Source: a virus (lineage: Duplodnaviria; Caudoviricetes). From it: DNA of 64,000 bases. The translations under genes were made by a program, and so were the position numbers. Location: positions 64,001-128,000 of IMG/VR virus record IMGVR_UViG_3300011871_000002; one strand, 5' to 3'. The notes beneath the pieces are model-generated. The model ran no database searches. It was not told where the DNA came from and was given only the letters and a program-made list of their open reading frames with translations. Below, in pieces: positions 58,602 to 64,000 of this stretch; position 1 is the stretch's first letter; every line of letters begins with the position of its first letter.

Positions 58602-59831
58602 ATGGGCATCATGCGTAACACCAGTCTGGAGTCGATCAATTTCCAATCCCAACAGTTCTACAACGAACTGACGCTGGCAATGGAAGCCATCGACGAACTG
58701 GACCCGAAAAAGGTACCAGACAGCGAACCTGAAGAGCGGCTCAGCAAAATCATCCGGGATTACACCGGCATGAGTATTACGGTCACGTTCGGCCAGCACA
58801 TGCCGTCGATCCGTATTCCTGAAGTAAGCAAAAACAACATCCTGATCCAGAACTACCTGCGTAACTATGTCGATGGTGTCGACGGTCTGGCTGCGCTGCA
58901 AAAGAACGATGGTGTCATGCGCGGCACGGTCGACCTGGTGCGCAACAAAGTTACGGGGGTATTCTCCGAATTCCCAGCCACGCTGCGCATGCCGCTGTCG
59001 ATGGTCAAGAGCAAGTACACCGCGCGCCAAAAGGCCGCGATCGTGCTGCACGAAGTCGGCCACCTGTTCTACTTCTTCGCCTTCATGGCCAATCTCGTCT
59101 CGGTCAACCAAGCTCTGTCGGCGGTGTCCAAAGCCATGGACGGTTCGGGTTCTATCGAACAGCGCGAAGTCGTGTTCGTCTCGGTCAAGAAAGCCCTGAA
59201 GCTGCCGGACCTGGACGAGAAAGAACTGGCCAAATCGACCGACAAGAAAGTCGTCGAAACCGTGATCCTGTCGGCGGTGGCGCGCGAGTCGCGCAGCCAG
59301 CTGGGCCGCAGCCTCTATGACAGCAATAGCTGGGAGTACCTGGCTGACCAGTATGCGGCGCGCTGCGGCGCCTACCGCGACCTCGTCACTGCGCTCGAAA
59401 CGCTGTACAAGGGTTACGGCAACATTTCGTTCCGCTCCCTGCCGGTGTACCTGTTCATGGAAGTGATGAAGATCGGCTTCCTGTTCCTGCTGCCGGTTGT
59501 GACGGTGGTGCTTGCCGCGATGGATGGCAGCGACGCCTCCTACGACAAACCTGGCGCCCGCATGCTGCGTATTCGCAGCCAGATCATCGAGAACCTGAAA
59601 GACCGCGACCTCGACAAAGACGATGTCGACCGTCTGCAAGAAGACATCCGGGTCATCGACAGCGTTCTGCAAGGCGTGAACGACCGCCGCCAATTCTTCG
59701 AGGTGATGTGGGACACGCTCATTCCTTCGGCGCGCAAGGACCGTAATTACGTCCATCTCCAGCAAGACCTCGAAAAGCTCGCCACCAACGAGCTGTTCCT
59801 GAAGGCTGCGCAACTGCGCACCGCCGCTTAA
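58602..59831 (+). CDS. Virion protein with HExxH zinc-peptidase-like motif
   Basis: VLHEVGH...EYLADQYA; N-terminal SLE/AME candidate processing sites. Confidence 0.65.
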   Translation: MGIMRNTSLESINFQSQQFYNELTLAMEAIDELDPKKVPDSEPEERLSKIIRDYTGMSITVTFGQHMPSIRIPEVSKNNILIQNYLRNYVDGVDGLAALQKNDGVMRGTVDLVRNKVTGVFSEFPATLRMPLSMVKSKYTARQKAAIVLHEVGHLFYFFAFMANLVSVNQALSAVSKAMDGSGSIEQREVVFVSVKKALKLPDLDEKELAKSTDKKVVETVILSAVARESRSQLGRSLYDSNSWEYLADQYAARCGAYRDLVTALETLYKGYGNISFRSLPVYLFMEVMKIGFLFLLPVVTVVLAAMDGSDASYDKPGARMLRIRSQIIENLKDRDLDKDDVDRLQEDIRVIDSVLQGVNDRRQFFEVMWDTLIPSARKDRNYVHLQQDLEKLATNELFLKAAQLRTAA

Positions 59832-59857
59832 CTCTTTTTTCCTCCAGAAGGATCATC

Positions 59858-60340
59858 ATGAAAGAACTGTTCCACCAATTCGACGCACAGGCGCGTCACC
59901 AGATTCAAGATTCGCTGCTGCGTAGCCGCATTATCGCGGCGGCCGTGGCCACCGCCATCGCCCAGTCGCAACCCCTGCCCAGTAGCGAAGTGGCGCACGC
60001 CAGCGAATACTTCACCAATCACGTGATGCCGGCAGCGATGTCGATCATCTCCGAATTCAACGAAAGCATCGTGTTCGACACGGCCGCCACGCTCGACCAG
60101 ACCCGCATGCTGTGGCAGCTGCGCTACTTCTCGGCATACCGCCCGAACCACCAACTACTGCTGGGTGAAGGAAACTTCTTCACCGCCTTTACCGGGATCG
60201 ACGTGATCGTCTCGGACAACTTCTACGCCTTCATGAATAGCAACGCGGCCGCAGTCGTCAACCTGTCGCTGTTCGCCACCGACATCATCCGTTCGCAGGC
60301 CGCCGCGCAAGTCCAGGCCGCAGGAGTGGCCGCGCGATGA
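59858..60340 (+). CDS. Putative virion protein
   Basis: 160 aa in a structural operon; AAGGA RBS. Confidence 0.55.
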   Translation: MKELFHQFDAQARHQIQDSLLRSRIIAAAVATAIAQSQPLPSSEVAHASEYFTNHVMPAAMSIISEFNESIVFDTAATLDQTRMLWQLRYFSAYRPNHQLLLGEGNFFTAFTGIDVIVSDNFYAFMNSNAAAVVNLSLFATDIIRSQAAAQVQAAGVAAR

Positions 60341-61752
60341 ACCAGAGTCTCAATGCCGGCGCTGAGCTGGATGATGAACCAACTGAAACGCCTGTCGAAG
60401 AACTCGACCTGAGCGGCGAGACCGAGCAGTTCGTGGCCATGGAAGCGGCCCTGGCTGACCTGGCGGGCCTGATGGATGAAATCCAAACCACCGGCGGCAT
60501 GTCCAAAGGCTTTGCCATGGAAGCGCACCGGATCATGCCAGAAGTCCTGTCGGCCCCGCCAGAATTCTTCTCGATGTCACCCACCGCCACGCGCTACCGC
60601 ATGTCGCTCGAAGAGATCGACAAAGGCATGTGGGGGCTGATCGCAGCGGCCGTGGCGGCAGTCATCGCGGCCATTTACAAAATCTGGAAGTGGCTCTCCG
60701 GCGACAAAGACGGCGACGGCAACAATGCTACCGCTACGAAGAATGCTGAGCAAAAGGTCGAGGATGTTCAGCAAACCAGTGAAGCCACCGTCGAGATGGC
60801 GGAAGGCATGGTCGAAGCCGGCCGTGAACTGCGTTCGAACCCGATCCAGTTCCAAGGCAAGGACGGCACTGTGCGCTGGAACAGCATGGACCAGCTGATC
60901 GACTCGGTGTTCGTCAACGACGAGCGTTACGGCGAAGAGAAGAAGTTCTTCCTCAACCCGAAACCGATCCACCGCGACATCATCAAGCACGGCAAGTACA
61001 GCGAAGCCATCGGCCACCTGGCCAAGGCCCAGGTGTTCAATCGCGCTGCCGAGGCCATCATGGCCAAGATTCGCCTGCTGCAAGACATCGAGCACCGCGA
61101 CCGCAATGCTCAGGGCCAGCAAATCCCCGGCATCGACAAAGAGCTGAACCAGATCGCCGCACCCATTACCCTCACCTACGAGGGCAAGACCTTGACCTTG
61201 CAGCAACTGGCCAATCTCCTACGCACCAAGCGCGAAGAAGCCGAAGCCAACAAGGACACCCATCGTCTGCACTACGATGAGATGTTCAACGAGGTGGCGA
61301 AAGCCTACAAGAACAAGGAGCTGGTTGAACTGCTCAAGCAGATGGTCAATTATCTGCCAGTACTCAACGAAATGCGCGAGGGTCTGCAAAAGACGCAGGA
61401 CTATGTGGGTGACCTTACCCAAGACGGCCAACCGGGCGGCAACTCGCCCCAAGTCGCGCAGCGTATCCGTGCCTTGATTTCCACCATGCACGAGCAGCTG
61501 GTGGGTTTCACGGCACTGGCCAACGAAGTCGACCACTATGTGCACCATTTCAAGAGCCTCTCGTCCAATACGGTCGGGTTCGGCAAAGAGATCGTGCGCA
61601 AGGTCACCAAGCACATGAGCTTGGCAGAGGTGGAAGAAATTCCAACCGAATGGAAGAAGATCGTGGCTGGTATTGAAGCCACGCTCGATGCCATGGAAAA
61701 GAGCCACTTCCCCAGTGGCGTGCACCGCGGCCTGCGCGGCTTGCTGCGCTAA
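60337..61752 (+). CDS. Putative internal head protein with acidic propeptide
   Basis: Acidic N-terminus with AME, AME and SLE sites, followed by a hydrophobic helix. Confidence 0.65.
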   Translation: MNQSLNAGAELDDEPTETPVEELDLSGETEQFVAMEAALADLAGLMDEIQTTGGMSKGFAMEAHRIMPEVLSAPPEFFSMSPTATRYRMSLEEIDKGMWGLIAAAVAAVIAAIYKIWKWLSGDKDGDGNNATATKNAEQKVEDVQQTSEATVEMAEGMVEAGRELRSNPIQFQGKDGTVRWNSMDQLIDSVFVNDERYGEEKKFFLNPKPIHRDIIKHGKYSEAIGHLAKAQVFNRAAEAIMAKIRLLQDIEHRDRNAQGQQIPGIDKELNQIAAPITLTYEGKTLTLQQLANLLRTKREEAEANKDTHRLHYDEMFNEVAKAYKNKELVELLKQMVNYLPVLNEMREGLQKTQDYVGDLTQDGQPGGNSPQVAQRIRALISTMHEQLVGFTALANEVDHYVHHFKSLSSNTVGFGKEIVRKVTKHMSLAEVEEIPTEWKKIVAGIEATLDAMEKSHFPSGVHRGLRGLLR

Positions 61753-61758
61753 GCTAGT

Positions 61759-61811
61759 CCGGCATAAAGCCCCTAACCCGCCGTGATGGTAGGTTAGGGG
61801 CTTTATGCCGG
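61759..61811. terminator. Bidirectional hairpin closed by CCGGCATAAA/TTTATGCCGG
   Basis: Long inverted repeat between convergent genes. Confidence 0.85.
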
Positions 61812-61818
61812 ATTGGCA

Positions 61819-64000
61819 TCACTCCATCAGGTCAAACTCCACCGACACGTCTTCGCGCGTCACAAGCGTACCATCTGCCAGTGCCACCAAACGCTTGCGC
61901 AGACTGCAACGGTTCGCTTCACTCAGTACCCGCAGCGAAGAGAGCTGTTCAGCGCCACCCAGACCCGAGACACGGAAACTAATCACATCGTCACCGTATT
62001 GCTCGGCCAGTGCTTGGTTAATCGCGCTATCGGCCACCGTGGTGTTTTCCAGCTGTTCGCTAAGTGTTCGGATACTCACCGCTTCGAGCTGCTTACGCAG
62101 TTCGTTATCGCGATAGACCAGTGACGGCACAGCCAAGCGCAGCACGAACGATTGCTCTGCCTGGATGGACTTGGTCAGGCCATTGCCCACTGACACATCG
62201 ATCATTCCCAGTGTCGTTTTCGGATAGAAATAAACACGGGTCTTTTCAAGGACTTTCTTCGACAGGTTGGCCAGATCGTTGACCAGCCAATCCACTACTT
62301 TCTTGGTCAGCTCCTTGCGGTAGTTGACCGTGGTAACGTCATTGGCAAACCAGTAGGTGCCATCGACCATGAACAGGTCAAGCACTCGGCGCACACCTCG
62401 GCCTGATACAGCGATGGGTTTGCCTTCCGTGTCGACTTTGATGTCACCTGCACGGTACTTGTAGACGGGTTCTCCGTTTGCATTGAGTACCGGGGTACCT
62501 GCGGCATGCAAGACATTGAAAACAACCTGGCCGTTGGCATCGAACTGCACTGGCGAGCCGTCGACCAGTTCGTACACATCTTTATCATAGTACAGCGGCA
62601 CATCCACCGCATGCTTTTCGTACTCGGTACCCAGTGTGTAACTGCGGCTACGCGACCACAGGGTTTTGAGGGCGTTGCCGAACTTGATCTTGAGTTTTTC
62701 GTGCGTGACACCCGCTACGACTGCCGGCAAGAACAGCCGCCCCAGTGCTTCATCGATATCGCTTGGCACCCACTGGGTATCCATGGGGGTACTCACCGCA
62801 TACAGGATGTCAAACTCCGTGGTGAGTCCCACGCCAGTCAGGCGCGCTTCATTGCTATACATCAGGAACTTGGTCAGTTGCAGCAAGTTCTCGCTGTTGA
62901 CATGGAAGTTGGTGGCCAGGTCGAATTCATAGATGCGTTCTTCCGATGCATTGCGACCCACGTAGCGACCATTGAGATACGCCCGTTCGCGCTCACCACT
63001 GGGGACAAAGGCCAATTGAACAAAGATTTCTTCATCCGGCAAGTTGCGCACCGTCTCAGACGAGTTAGTGACAATTTGCAACATGTAACCGGAACCCACG
63101 CGGAACACGCCATAGGCGGCGGTGGAGATCTGAAGCAGTGTGGTCGCATTTTCTGCCACAAACGTTTTAGACAGGGCTTCCGGCGCGTCTAAGTGATATG
63201 GACGCAGGTCGAACTCTGTCCCACTACTGTCTAGCACGTAGTGGAAAGGATTAAAACGCCAGTTGGACTGGGATACTGCCAGTGCCCGCTTCTCGGGCGG
63301 CATGGCGAGCAACACATCCACCTCGCTCTTAGAAACCGGCGAGGTCACCCCGTTGATTTGTCGGTACAGCGTGTCAGGCGTGATGGTTAGGGCAGTGCCG
63401 TTGTTAATGACAGTGTCGAGTAAGGCGAGTTTATTCATCTCCACCGACACTGACTCGATCGCGGCTGCCGCTGCTGTCAACAGTTTCTTGTCCGACGGCT
63501 CTGGCATCGGCTTGGTGGCCAAGAATACCCGCTCGGTGATGTTGTCAACTTCGAGCACGACGCCGTAGCCGTTTTGCTCCAGCTTGGTTTCCAGTTGCAC
63601 GGTGGAAATCGGATACTCGATTTCCACGCCAGTCGTGTTCTTTATCACACGCTCGCGCAGCGTGTGCAGCGGAAGCGCCACCGAACCACCAGTGACCGCG
63701 CTAACCGGGAAGGGGATCAGTTGCTGGAAGTTGTTCATCGGGGCGGTGTAGACCGTCTCTTCCGATTTGTCGTAACTCATCCAGGTCACACCGAATTCAT
63801 CCGACGGGTATTCTGCCAGATCCAGTTCCAGCTTGCCGTAAGTCTGGTACAGGTCTACCCGAATCTTTCGGCTGGACAGAATGGTGTTGGTGTAGATCTG
63901 GGGGATACGCACTTGCAACGTTTTGTTCACGACTCGCAGTACTGCGGTAATGACGGTGGGGTCATATACCTGTTCGCTGTGGGTGGTGGCAATTTCTTGC
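61819..64000 (-). CDS. Large virion structural (baseplate-type) protein, probably 5'-truncated by the window
   Basis: Over 700 aa; the frame appears to continue to the window edge. Confidence 0.6.
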   Translation of the reverse strand, partial: QEIATTHSEQVYDPTVITAVLRVVNKTLQVRIPQIYTNTILSSRKIRVDLYQTYGKLELDLAEYPSDEFGVTWMSYDKSEETVYTAPMNNFQQLIPFPVSAVTGGSVALPLHTLRERVIKNTTGVEIEYPISTVQLETKLEQNGYGVVLEVDNITERVFLATKPMPEPSDKKLLTAAAAAIESVSVEMNKLALLDTVINNGTALTITPDTLYRQINGVTSPVSKSEVDVLLAMPPEKRALAVSQSNWRFNPFHYVLDSSGTEFDLRPYHLDAPEALSKTFVAENATTLLQISTAAYGVFRVGSGYMLQIVTNSSETVRNLPDEEIFVQLAFVPSGERERAYLNGRYVGRNASEERIYEFDLATNFHVNSENLLQLTKFLMYSNEARLTGVGLTTEFDILYAVSTPMDTQWVPSDIDEALGRLFLPAVVAGVTHEKLKIKFGNALKTLWSRSRSYTLGTEYEKHAVDVPLYYDKDVYELVDGSPVQFDANGQVVFNVLHAAGTPVLNANGEPVYKYRAGDIKVDTEGKPIAVSGRGVRRVLDLFMVDGTYWFANDVTTVNYRKELTKKVVDWLVNDLANLSKKVLEKTRVYFYPKTTLGMIDVSVGNGLTKSIQAEQSFVLRLAVPSLVYRDNELRKQLEAVSIRTLSEQLENTTVADSAINQALAEQYGDDVISFRVSGLGGAEQLSSLRVLSEANRCSLRKRLVALADGTLVTREDVSVEFDLME

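Noticed and set aside
4978-61811. CRISPR array or REP elements from the CGGCATAAA repeats
   Set aside because: Copies are dispersed and tied to terminators, with no regular repeat-spacer pattern and no cas or RAYT gene

Overview
This window is part of a phiKZ-like nucleus-forming jumbo phage genome (Chimalliviridae-type). It holds a terminase large subunit, virion proteins, a PhuZ tubulin and a family-B DNA polymerase split across two genes. The nuclear block runs in the conserved order: chimallin, non-virion RNAP beta'-N, SbcD-like nuclease, ChmC-like, sigma-like subunit, PicA/Imp1-like, nvRNAP beta and beta'-C, SF2 helicase. A virion RNAP subunit lies further on. Several phiKZ homologue names rest on gene order and recalled features, not on a search. 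The most notable finding is a TnpA-less, catalytically intact tnpB/omegaRNA cassette inserted inside a phage early promoter: joining its flanks rebuilds a perfect promoter, and the predicted guide is that promoter's downstream half. This suggests an RNA-guided homing or phage-competition element. Other observations: (1) an HNH endonuclease that replaced the 3' end of the virion RNAP gene with a recoded copy; (2) RBS-sequestering hairpins on all three selfish nuclease genes; (3) a ~300-nt multibranch ncRNA candidate with pyrimidine-rich loops; (4) a tRNA-like RNA lacking a normal anticodon loop, next to a second ACCA-tailed RNA; (5) a conserved CGGCATAAA/TTTATGCCG motif at about 13 terminator hairpins. 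The host cannot be determined from this window.
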